Assembly: GCA_902630885.1 (NCBI GenBank)
Contig: CACOWI010000005.1
Span: 33,602 to 97,601, forward strand
DNA from: an uncultured SAR86 cluster bacterium
Lineage (GTDB): Bacteria; Pseudomonadota; Gammaproteobacteria; Magnimaribacterales; D2472
Direction: 5' to 3'
Length of the DNA: 64,000 nucleotides
In this document: in pieces, positions 36,898 through 45,410 of the stretch
Layout of the letters: the number at the start of each line of letters is the position of its first letter
Position numbering within the stretch: position 1 is the first letter of the stretch
Program-made: the position numbers and the translations under genes
The notes under the pieces: generated by a model
Told to the model about the DNA's origin: nothing
Database searches by the model: none
What the model saw: the letters and a program-made list of their open reading frames with translations, nothing else

Positions 36898-37969
36898 TTA
36901 CAAATCCTGTTATTTCAATATCAAAACCAGAAACTGCATTATATTTTGTCGGAGTGCCAAGAACAGTTATTTGTTTTAGATTTAATGCCCTGAGAATTTG
37001 AGATCCAACTCCAATTACGCGCCTGTTACTTTTTGGCTCTATTTCCTTTTCTTCAAGCTTATTAAGCCAATAACTTTTTGCGTCTCTGTGATTAATAAGA
37101 ACAAGCAATCCAGTACCTTCGTCAGAAATTCTTTTTAATGAATTTCTAATTGACCAATTTTTACCTAACTCATCAATTCCAAGCAGATCCTGAAGAATGC
37201 TTTGGGTTTGAACTCTCACAAGAGGAGAATCCTTTTCATGTAAATTACCCATTGAAAGAGAGAAGTGATATTCATCATAAATTTTATCTCTCCAAACAAT
37301 AAGTTTAAATTCACCAAATTCGTTTTTTACATCTTTATCTAAGACAGATTCTATAGTTGCTTCCATCGAAAGTCTGTAATCAATTAAATCTGCAATTGTT
37401 CCAACTTTAATTTTATTTTCTTTACCAAATTTAATTAAATCGTCTCGTCTTGCCATGGTTCCATCTTCGTTCATAATTTCACAAATCACTCCAGCAGGTT
37501 GAAGACCTGCTAATTTTGCTAAATCACATGCAGCTTCAGTATGACCAGCTCTGCTCAAGACACCACCTTTCATAGCCTTTAATGGAAAAATATGACCTGG
37601 TTGAACAATATCTGATGGAATTGAATTTTTATTAACTGCTGTTTTTATTGTATGAGCTCTATCTGCAGCTGAAATGCCTGTCGTGATTCCTTCAGCAGCT
37701 TCAATTGATACTGTAAATGCTGTTTTATTAGCGGCTCTATTATTGTTAGTCATCATTTGTAAATTATATTTATCACAAAGTTTTTTGCTCATTGGAAGGC
37801 ATATTAAACCTTTTCCTTTAGAAGCCATAAAATTAACAATTTCTGGTGTTACCAAATCTGCAGCACAAACCAAATCTCCTTCGTTTTCCCTTGATTCATC
37901 ATCAACAATAATAACCATTTTTCCAGATTTAATATCGTCAATAATTTCTAGAATGTTACTTTTATCCAT
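36890..37969 (-). CDS. ribB: 3,4-dihydroxy-2-butanone-4-phosphate synthase with a degenerate GTP-cyclohydrolase-II-like C-terminal domain
   Basis: N-terminal DHBPS motifs (DDESRENEGDLV, FTVSIEA, RAGHTEAACDLA, VICEIMNEDG). The C-terminal half aligns to RibA, but the zinc-binding Cys residues are absent (VRVQTQSILQDLLG in place of HSECLTGD...CDCG). Confidence 0.85.
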   Translation of the reverse strand: MDKSNILEIIDDIKSGKMVIIVDDESRENEGDLVCAADLVTPEIVNFMASKGKGLICLPMSKKLCDKYNLQMMTNNNRAANKTAFTVSIEAAEGITTGISAADRAHTIKTAVNKNSIPSDIVQPGHIFPLKAMKGGVLSRAGHTEAACDLAKLAGLQPAGVICEIMNEDGTMARRDDLIKFGKENKIKVGTIADLIDYRLSMEATIESVLDKDVKNEFGEFKLIVWRDKIYDEYHFSLSMGNLHEKDSPLVRVQTQSILQDLLGIDELGKNWSIRNSLKRISDEGTGLLVLINHRDAKSYWLNKLEEKEIEPKSNRRVIGVGSQILRALNLKQITVLGTPTKYNAVSGFDIEITGFVNE

Positions 37970-38972
37970 TTTTTTTAAATATTTCTTTTAGATCGGTTTC
38001 AATTTTATAGGAGGATTCTAATTTAAAACCATAATTTTCAATAGCATTATTTTCTTTAAACCAACTTATTGCTTCATTACCAAGTTTTGCATTCGAAGTA
38101 TATGCAATAATTTCATCAATAAGATCAAGATTTAAAAAAGAATTTGCTAGCTTAGGTCCTGCTTCGACTAAAATTGAACAAATGTCTTGATCTTTAAATG
38201 AATTTATTATCTTTGTTAGATCTTGATTTTTAAAAATTTGAACATTGTTTTCTTTAAAAAAATTTAGTTCCTTATCATACTCTTTACTTGTTAATAATAT
38301 TTTTTTGGGTTGATTTGTTGGAAAACTTACTCTTGCATTCATTCTAGGATTATCATTTATCAGTGTATTACCTCCAGTAAGAATTGCATCACATGAAGCT
38401 CTCAATATTTGAACATCCTCCCTTGAAGCTTTCGTAGTGATAATTGTTCTTTCATCGTCTTTAATGTGAGATTTTCCATCCAAGGATGAAGCAATTTTTA
38501 GAATTATATAAGGTCTATTATTGGCGTGTTTGAAAAAAAAATATTTGTTCTGATTTTTGACAATATCTTCATGTATACCAACAATAACATCAACACCATT
38601 TTTTTTTAAAATTTTGATACCTTTACCAGCAACTTTGGGATTAGGATCGATTGAACCAATTACGACTTTTTTAATTCCAGTGCTTACAATTTTTTTTGCA
38701 CATGATCCAGTTTTACCAACATGACTACACGGCTCAAGAGTGCATATTAATGTTAACTCAGAAAAGTTATCAAATTTCTTTCCCAGAAATTTCTTAGCAT
38801 CAGAAATCGCATTTATTTCAGCATGATCACTACCATAAACCTCATGATAACCTTCTGAGATAATTTCATTACCATTCCATAAAATTGCACCTACAACAGG
38901 ATTTGGCTTGGCAGTATATTTAAAAGACTCCGCATTAGTTAAAGCACGAAGCATAAGTTCTTCGAAATTCAT
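37962..38972 (-). CDS. ribD: Bifunctional riboflavin biosynthesis deaminase/reductase
   Basis: Deaminase zinc motifs HAEINAI and TLEPCSHVGKTGSC, plus a C-terminal reductase domain. Overlaps nrdR and ribB at both ends. Confidence 0.9.
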   Translation of the reverse strand: MNFEELMLRALTNAESFKYTAKPNPVVGAILWNGNEIISEGYHEVYGSDHAEINAISDAKKFLGKKFDNFSELTLICTLEPCSHVGKTGSCAKKIVSTGIKKVVIGSIDPNPKVAGKGIKILKKNGVDVIVGIHEDIVKNQNKYFFFKHANNRPYIILKIASSLDGKSHIKDDERTIITTKASREDVQILRASCDAILTGGNTLINDNPRMNARVSFPTNQPKKILLTSKEYDKELNFFKENNVQIFKNQDLTKIINSFKDQDICSILVEAGPKLANSFLNLDLIDEIIAYTSNAKLGNEAISWFKENNAIENYGFKLESSYKIETDLKEIFKKNG

Positions 38973-39448
38973 TTTTTAGATTTTTTTCTCTTTGGTTTTT
39001 CTTTTGCTAAAGAGCTAATTTCTTCTGAGAAATCTTTAATATCCTGAAAGTCTCTGTAAACAGATGCGAATCTCACGTAAGCAACTGTATCAACTTCTTT
39101 AAGGGCATTCATCATTATTTCACCAATCTCAATTGACTTAATTTCACGTACACCCCTAACTCTTATTTCTTTTAATATTTTTCCAAATACTATGTCAATT
39201 TCTTCAATAGAGAGTGGTCTCTTTTCTAAAGCCCTAAGCATGCCTTTCTTTAATTTTGACCCATTAAAAGGCTGCCTTTCACCATTACTTTTTATAACTC
39301 TTGGAAGAGCTAAGTCAGGTGTCTCAAATGTTGTAAATCTTGAATGACATACTTCGCATTCTCTTCTTCTTCTTATTTGAGAACCATCTGCGACCAATCT
39401 TGAATCAATTACCTTCGTATCTTCTGCTTGGCAAAAAGGACAGTACAT
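38969..39448 (-). CDS. nrdR: Transcriptional repressor NrdR
   Basis: MYCPFCQAEDTKVIDSRL...RRRRECEVCHSRFTTFE zinc ribbon plus ATP-cone. Confidence 0.95.
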   Translation of the reverse strand: MYCPFCQAEDTKVIDSRLVADGSQIRRRRECEVCHSRFTTFETPDLALPRVIKSNGERQPFNGSKLKKGMLRALEKRPLSIEEIDIVFGKILKEIRVRGVREIKSIEIGEIMMNALKEVDTVAYVRFASVYRDFQDIKDFSEEISSLAKEKPKRKKSKK

Positions 39449-40729
39449 CTATAAATTATATACTGGAAAATTACTCGTAAGTTTATGGACGTCTTCTTTG
39501 ATAGTATTGTGTAATTCCTCATTATCAAAATTATTAATGATATCTGATATCCAATTAGCTACCTGAACAATTTCCTTTTCTTTAAATCCTCTTGTTGTGG
39601 CTGCAGGTGTCCCAATTCTTATTCCTGATGTCACAAATGGTGAAGCAGGATCATTTGGTACAGAGTTTTTGTTTACAGTTATATTTACTGATCCGAGGAC
39701 TCTTTCAAGGTCTTTTCCAGTAATCCCCTTACTTCTGAGATCTACTAATATTATGTGATTCTCAGTGCCATTGGAAACAATATCTATACCATTTGACATT
39801 ATTGTTTCAGCCATAGTTTTTGCATTATCCATCACTTGTTGTATGTATACTTTAAATTCTGGATCTAAAGCTTCTTTAAAACATAGAGCTTTCGCTGCAA
39901 CGACATGCATTAAAGGACCGCCTTGAGAACCAGGAAAGACAGCAGAGTTTAATTTTTTTTCTATTTCTTCATTAGCTCTTGCAAGAATAATCCCTGATCT
40001 AGGTCCTCGTAATGTTTTATGAGTAGTAGATGTAACAACATCTGCGTAAGGAACTGGAGAAGGATATAAGTCAGCAGCAACCAGACCAGAAACATGAGCC
40101 ATGTCTACAAGAAAATAAGCGCCAACTTCATCAGCTATCTCTCTAAATTTTTTCCAATCAATAATTCCAGTAAACGCAGAAAAACCTGCAATTATTAATT
40201 TAGGTTGATGTTCCTTAGCAAGAGACCTTACTTCATCATAATTTATATCATGAGTTTCGGGATGAAGTCCGTATTGAACACTTTTATAATTTCTTCCAGA
40301 AAAATTAACTTTTGAACCATGAGTTAAATGACCACCATGATCAAGACTCATACCAAGAATAGTATCATTCGGTTCTAAGAGTGCTAAATATGCTGCTGCG
40401 TTTGCTGATGATCCTGAGTGAGGTTGGACATTTGCATAGTCAGCTTTAAAAAGCTCTTTTGCTCTATCTATTGCAAGATTTTCTGCAATATCCACATTTT
40501 CACAACCACCATAATATCGTTTTGAGGGATAGCCTTCAGCGTATTTATTGGTCAAAAGAGATCCTTGAGCCTCAAGAATCCTTTTTGATGCATAATTTTC
40601 TGAGGCTATTAATTCAATATGATCCTCTTGTCTTTCAGCCTCATATTCAAATGATGCCCATAACTCGGTATCATAATCTTTAATAGTATTATTATTCGAA
40701 AAAATATTGTCACTTCTAGATGCTTTCAT
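39449..40729 (-). CDS. glyA: Serine hydroxymethyltransferase
   Basis: [18 protein letters not shown] site [14 protein letters not shown], and length 426 aa. Confidence 0.95.
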   Translation of the reverse strand: MKASRSDNIFSNNNTIKDYDTELWASFEYEAERQEDHIELIASENYASKRILEAQGSLLTNKYAEGYPSKRYYGGCENVDIAENLAIDRAKELFKADYANVQPHSGSSANAAAYLALLEPNDTILGMSLDHGGHLTHGSKVNFSGRNYKSVQYGLHPETHDINYDEVRSLAKEHQPKLIIAGFSAFTGIIDWKKFREIADEVGAYFLVDMAHVSGLVAADLYPSPVPYADVVTSTTHKTLRGPRSGIILARANEEIEKKLNSAVFPGSQGGPLMHVVAAKALCFKEALDPEFKVYIQQVMDNAKTMAETIMSNGIDIVSNGTENHIILVDLRSKGITGKDLERVLGSVNITVNKNSVPNDPASPFVTSGIRIGTPAATTRGFKEKEIVQVANWISDIINNFDNEELHNTIKEDVHKLTSNFPVYNL

Positions 40730-40780
40730 AATTGTTTTATATAAATTTTAAAAAAAGAATTTGTAGTAATTTTATATTAT

Positions 40781-41434
40781 CTAAGGTCTTTTGTGCACAA
40801 AACGTTTCTTTCTTTTTGGGTAACATGATTTACAAATTTTACACTCAATTCCATAACAAGCTTTTGCCATACAATATTCTCTTCCCCAAAAAATTATTTG
40901 TAGATGTAACTTATTCCAAGATTCTTTAGGAAATATTTTTTTTAGATCTTCTTCAGTTTTTTTAACATTTTTACCGTTAGTTAGACCCCACCTTTGCGCA
41001 AGCCTATGAATGTGAGTGTCAACAGCGAATGCAGGAATCCCAAAACCTTGACTCATAACAACAGAGGCAGTTTTATGACCAACTCCAGGTAATTTTTCTA
41101 AGTCAGAAAAATTATTTGGAACTTTTCCTTTAAATCGTTTGACTAATATTTTAGATAACTTAGATATGGCTTTCGATTTTTGTGGACCCAATCCACAAGG
41201 TTTAATAATTTTATATATCTTGTCTATGGACAGCTTAGACATTTTTTGAGGATTTGATGCAAGCTTAAACAAAGCAGGAGTTATTTGATTAACTCTTTCA
41301 TCAGTACATTGTGCAGATAATAAAACAGCAATAAGCAAAGTAAAATTATCTTTATGATTTAAAGGTACTGGTGTTTCAGGATATTCCTTATCCAAAATTT
41401 TTTTTATTATGATAGCTCTTTCAGATTTAATCAT
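40781..41434 (-). CDS. nth: Endonuclease III-family DNA glycosylase/AP lyase
   Basis: LLIAVLLSAQCTDERVN, HhH-GPD LPGVGHKTASVV, VDTHIHR. The C-terminal Cys cluster has unusual spacing (CMAKACYGIECKICKSC) and is followed by a basic tail. Confidence 0.8.
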   Translation of the reverse strand: MIKSERAIIIKKILDKEYPETPVPLNHKDNFTLLIAVLLSAQCTDERVNQITPALFKLASNPQKMSKLSIDKIYKIIKPCGLGPQKSKAISKLSKILVKRFKGKVPNNFSDLEKLPGVGHKTASVVMSQGFGIPAFAVDTHIHRLAQRWGLTNGKNVKKTEEDLKKIFPKESWNKLHLQIIFWGREYCMAKACYGIECKICKSCYPKRKKRFVHKRP

Positions 41435-41466
41435 ATAAATAAATGTAGCATAATATTTTTAAATAT

Positions 41467-41778
41467 ATGAATACAGATCAAATTAAGAAAAATTTATTAA
41501 AACTCAAAGATTCTTTTTTAGAAGAAACTGAGGAAAACAAAAAGATGTTAGACATTTATATAAATTATATTGAAGGAAATGCCACAGATGATGATATTGA
41601 TAACGCAAATAAACAGCTAAAACAAATCTTTAAAAGTCTAGGACTTGGTATTTTGGTTGTTTTGCCATTCAGTCCAATCTCGATTCCATATGTTCTAAAA
41701 AAAGCAAAAGAGCATGATATAGACCTCATTCCTGATTGGTATAAGACTTTAAGTAAAGATGAAGATAGAATAGAATAG
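41467..41778 (+). CDS. Hypothetical small protein (103 aa, one central hydrophobic segment)
   Basis: ORF with an acidic N-terminal helix region, the hydrophobic stretch LGLGILVVLPFSPISIPYVL and an acidic C-terminus. No family recognised. Confidence 0.4.
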   Translation: MNTDQIKKNLLKLKDSFLEETEENKKMLDIYINYIEGNATDDDIDNANKQLKQIFKSLGLGILVVLPFSPISIPYVLKKAKEHDIDLIPDWYKTLSKDEDRIE

Positions 41779-41800
41779 TTAAGCTTAAATTGGAGAAATC

Positions 41801-42988
41801 ATGAAAGATGTAGTTATTGTAGATAGTGTTAGAACAGGATTAGCAAAATCTCATAGAGGCGGCTTTAATATGACAAGGCCTGATGAAATGCTAGCGCATA
41901 TTATAGATGCTATGTTGGAAAGGAATCCTAACCTTCCACCTGAGGAGGTAGAAGACATTATTATGGGTTGTGGAAATCCTGAGGGAGCTCAGGGTCATAA
42001 TGTTGGAAGAAACGCAGCAGTTCTATCTAAATTACCAGTAACAACTGGTGGCACAACTATAAATAGATATTGCTCTTCTGGACTTCAGTCAATATCAATG
42101 GCAGCTGGCCAAATTATGGCAGGTTCATATGACACAGTCATTGCTGGCGGAGCAGAAACTATTTCTATGATGAATATGAATATGGATAACTTTGTTAATG
42201 AAAGATTGGCTGAGGAAGTTCCTGGAATTTATTTCCCAATGGGAATGACAGCAGAAGTAGTTGCAAAACGATATGAGGTTTCTAGAGAAGCACAAGATGA
42301 ATATGCGTTTGAGAGTCAAATGAGAACTGCTGCAGCTCAACAATCTGGTGGATATGATGACGAGATTATACCTATGGATACTAAAATGCTTCTTACTAAC
42401 AAAGAAACAGGTGAATCAAAAGAAATTGAATACACAGTTGATAAAGATGAATGTAACAGGCCGGAAACAACTCTTGAAGGCTTAGCTTCTCTTAAACCGG
42501 TTTTTGATCCGGAAAATGGATCTGTAACTGCAGGTAACTCTTCGCAATTGTCAGATGGCGCATCTGTAACACTTGTAATGTCTGAAGATAAAGCTAAGGA
42601 ACTAAATTTAAAACCTTTAGCATATTTTAGAGGTTTTACTACCATGGGTTGTGAGCCAGATGAGATGGGAATTGGACCAATTTATTCTGTTCCTAAGCTA
42701 TTAAAAAATCATAATCTCTCAATTGACGATATTGATATATGGGAACTTAACGAAGCATTTGCAGTTCAAGTAGTATATTGCAGAGATAAACTTGGCATAT
42801 CAATGGATAAACTTAATCTTGATGGTGGTTCAATTTCAATAGGGCACCCATTTGGCATGACTGGTTCAAGACAAGTTGGACACCTAGCAAGACAGCTTCA
42901 AAATTTAGATAAGCAGTTTGGTGTAGTAACAATGTGTGTTGGCGGTGGAATGGGCGCTAGCGGATTGTTTGAAAGATATCCTTCTTGA
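41801..42988 (+). CDS. Acetyl-CoA C-acyltransferase (thiolase)
   Basis: GGAG Shine-Dalgarno sequence 8 nt upstream. Active-site context NRYCSSGLQSI, NEAFA, GGSISIGHPFGMTG and CVGGGMG. Confidence 0.85.
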   Translation: MKDVVIVDSVRTGLAKSHRGGFNMTRPDEMLAHIIDAMLERNPNLPPEEVEDIIMGCGNPEGAQGHNVGRNAAVLSKLPVTTGGTTINRYCSSGLQSISMAAGQIMAGSYDTVIAGGAETISMMNMNMDNFVNERLAEEVPGIYFPMGMTAEVVAKRYEVSREAQDEYAFESQMRTAAAQQSGGYDDEIIPMDTKMLLTNKETGESKEIEYTVDKDECNRPETTLEGLASLKPVFDPENGSVTAGNSSQLSDGASVTLVMSEDKAKELNLKPLAYFRGFTTMGCEPDEMGIGPIYSVPKLLKNHNLSIDDIDIWELNEAFAVQVVYCRDKLGISMDKLNLDGGSISIGHPFGMTGSRQVGHLARQLQNLDKQFGVVTMCVGGGMGASGLFERYPS

Positions 42989-43875
42989 TATCAGAATCAG
43001 CAATTTTAAATTGCTTTCAGCATTTAGTTGATCATAAGCAAGATGATACTGTATTAGTTGGATCTGGAGATGATGCAGCAGTAATAAAATCTCAAGATAA
43101 AGATCTTGTTCATTCGATAGATATATCAAAAATTAATACTCATTTTCCTGAAGATTCTTCACCACAGGATATTGCATACAGGTCCATTGCAGTTGCTTTG
43201 AGTGATTTAGCAGCCATGGGAGCATATCCATCGTTTATATCAATTGGATTGACATCAAATAGCACAGATTTAGATTGGTATAAAAAATTCACTAGCGGAG
43301 TTGAGAAAATATTAAATGAATATCAAATAAAATTAGTTGGAGGAGATATCACTAATGGAGAGATCAGCATATGTGTTAATGTTTTTGGATACGCCTATAA
43401 AAATAATATATTAAGATCAACTGCAAAAGTCGGAGATTTAATATTTATAACTGGCCCATTGGGAGAAGGTAGAAGGGGATTAGAAGATTGGAAAAATAAT
43501 AAAAAAACTGAATTCGTAAAAAAGTTTTTTAATCCTAAAGTGGATTTTGACAAAAGTAAGTTCATTTCTAAATATGCCAATAGTTGCGTTGATATTTCAG
43601 ACGGATTAATAAAAGATCTAACAAGCATATGTGAATCCTCAAAAGTTGGTGCTGAAATAACTTATGAAAATATTCCTATAACTAATGATTTTGATGATTT
43701 ATCTTATGGAGATGATTATAAATTGTGTTATACATGTTCATCAGAATTTAAAGATAGCGAATTTTTTTCAGAAGACTTTTGTATTGGTGAAATCAAGTCA
43801 AATAAAGAAATAATTATAAAAAAAGATAATTCGGTAATCGACTTTAAAACGCATGGATGGGATTCCTTTGAATAA
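42985..43875 (+). CDS. thiL: Thiamine-monophosphate kinase
   Basis: TTG start overlapping the thiolase TGA. GDDAAV, ALSDLAAMGA, LVGGDIT and DISDGL motifs. Confidence 0.75.
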   Translation: MISESAILNCFQHLVDHKQDDTVLVGSGDDAAVIKSQDKDLVHSIDISKINTHFPEDSSPQDIAYRSIAVALSDLAAMGAYPSFISIGLTSNSTDLDWYKKFTSGVEKILNEYQIKLVGGDITNGEISICVNVFGYAYKNNILRSTAKVGDLIFITGPLGEGRRGLEDWKNNKKTEFVKKFFNPKVDFDKSKFISKYANSCVDISDGLIKDLTSICESSKVGAEITYENIPITNDFDDLSYGDDYKLCYTCSSEFKDSEFFSEDFCIGEIKSNKEIIIKKDNSVIDFKTHGWDSFE

Positions 43876-44914
43876 AAAAATTGGAATAATTGGAGGTGGA
43901 ATTACTGGTCTAATAGTAGGTATTTTTTTGGCAAGAGAAGGTCATAAAGTATCAATTTTTGAAAAAAATACTTTACTGAGTGAGACAAGTTCCAAAACTA
44001 CAAAACTTTTACATGGAGGACTAAGGTATCTAGAGAATTTTCAATTTAATGAAGTTAAAAATGGTCTAAATGATAGATCATGGTGGTTAGAAAATTTTCC
44101 AATTCACACAAGAAAATTAAAGATATATATACCTTTCAAAAATATGTTTTCTTTAATACTAATGAAATCTTTCTTTGGAATTAAGTTATATGAATTCTTA
44201 GCAGGTTCAAAAAATATAGGTACCAGCTCTATATCACAGCAAATTGATAATCATAATCTTGATATAAAAGATAACTATAAAACCTATCTTTCATTTTTTG
44301 ATGGGAGTATGGATGATGATTCTCTAGGAAGAGAGCTAATTACAATTGCTAGAGAACTTGATATAGAAATATTAGAAAATAATGAAGTTAAAGAATTTGA
44401 TCCTCAAGGTAATATTGATGAAAATCATTTTGACAAAATAATATTAGCAGTAGGTCCATGGTCGAAAATGTTACTCGAACAAAATAATATTAAAAGTTTA
44501 AAAGATATCGATTATATAAAAGGAAGCCATTTAATCATCAATAGAACATTGGAGTCAGGATTGATGTTTTCAGATAAAAATAATTCTAGATATATTTTTG
44601 CTCTGCCATATAAAGATAAGGTTTTGTTGGGAACAACTGAAGAAAAAGTTTCCCATCCTGAATTTCCAGAGATAACTGATGATGAAATTGAATACCTTAT
44701 TGATAGTTTTAATCAACTATTAAATGAGCCTATTTCAAAATCAGAGATAATCAGTACATATTCTGGAGTTAGACCACTAATAAAATCAAAAGATAACTTT
44801 CACAAGTCTACCAGAGATTTTTTTATCCAAGAAAATGATTCTCTTTTAACTATTTTTGGTGGCAAGTGGACGACATCGCCTTCTATTGCAAGAAAAATTG
44901 TTACAATGATTTAA
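43853..44914 (+). CDS. FAD-dependent oxidoreductase, GlpD (glycerol-3-phosphate dehydrogenase)-like but lacking the C-terminal domain
   Basis: IGIIGGGITGL dinucleotide fold, SSKTTKLLHGGLRYLE (GlpD: SSASSKLIHGGLRYLE), IKGSHLII, YSGVRPL and FGGKWTT. Length 353 aa versus ~500 for GlpD. Confidence 0.65.
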   Translation: MDGIPLNKKIGIIGGGITGLIVGIFLAREGHKVSIFEKNTLLSETSSKTTKLLHGGLRYLENFQFNEVKNGLNDRSWWLENFPIHTRKLKIYIPFKNMFSLILMKSFFGIKLYEFLAGSKNIGTSSISQQIDNHNLDIKDNYKTYLSFFDGSMDDDSLGRELITIARELDIEILENNEVKEFDPQGNIDENHFDKIILAVGPWSKMLLEQNNIKSLKDIDYIKGSHLIINRTLESGLMFSDKNNSRYIFALPYKDKVLLGTTEEKVSHPEFPEITDDEIEYLIDSFNQLLNEPISKSEIISTYSGVRPLIKSKDNFHKSTRDFFIQENDSLLTIFGGKWTTSPSIARKIVTMI

Positions 44915-44915
44915 C

Positions 44916-45410
44916 ATGCAAAAGTTTCCAGATTTAAAAAATCCATATCATTTTTTAGCAACCTTGGGAGGTCTTGGTCTACTTCCAATAGCACCGGGAA
45001 CTTTCGGAACAATATTTGCTTGGCTTATGTTTATAGTCTTGTCACATTTTATTAATATAATTACCTTAGTCATTGTTTCAGTTTTTATGATTATATTTGC
45101 GGTTTATATATCAAATGTTGTAACAAAAGATCTTATTGAGAAAGATCATAAGTCAATCGTAATTGATGAGTTGGTTGGTATTTGGTTCGCAATGATTCCT
45201 GTGCTTTTTATAGCTTCAACACAATATGAAAGATCTTTTTATGCTTTATTGGTATTAGTATTATTTAGAATATTTGATATTTTTAAGCCCTATCCAATCT
45301 CATACATAGACAAAAATATTAAAAGTGGATTCGGAGTTGTTCTTGATGACTTGCTTGCTGGGTTTTTTGCAGCAGTATTTGCATCGATTACAACAATTTA
45401 CTTAATTTAG
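44916..45410 (+). CDS. pgpA: Phosphatidylglycerophosphatase A
   Basis: LGGLGLLPIAPGTFGT, IVIDELVG and KPYPI motifs. Length 164 aa. Confidence 0.8.
   Translation: MQKFPDLKNPYHFLATLGGLGLLPIAPGTFGTIFAWLMFIVLSHFINIITLVIVSVFMIIFAVYISNVVTKDLIEKDHKSIVIDELVGIWFAMIPVLFIASTQYERSFYALLVLVLFRIFDIFKPYPISYIDKNIKSGFGVVLDDLLAGFFAAVFASITTIYLI

Noticed and set aside
36890-38972. Possible FMN riboswitch in front of ribB/ribH
   Set aside because: ribD/ribB and ribB/ribH overlap by 8 nt each (and ribH/nusB by 17 nt), so there is no leader region in which an RFN element could reside.
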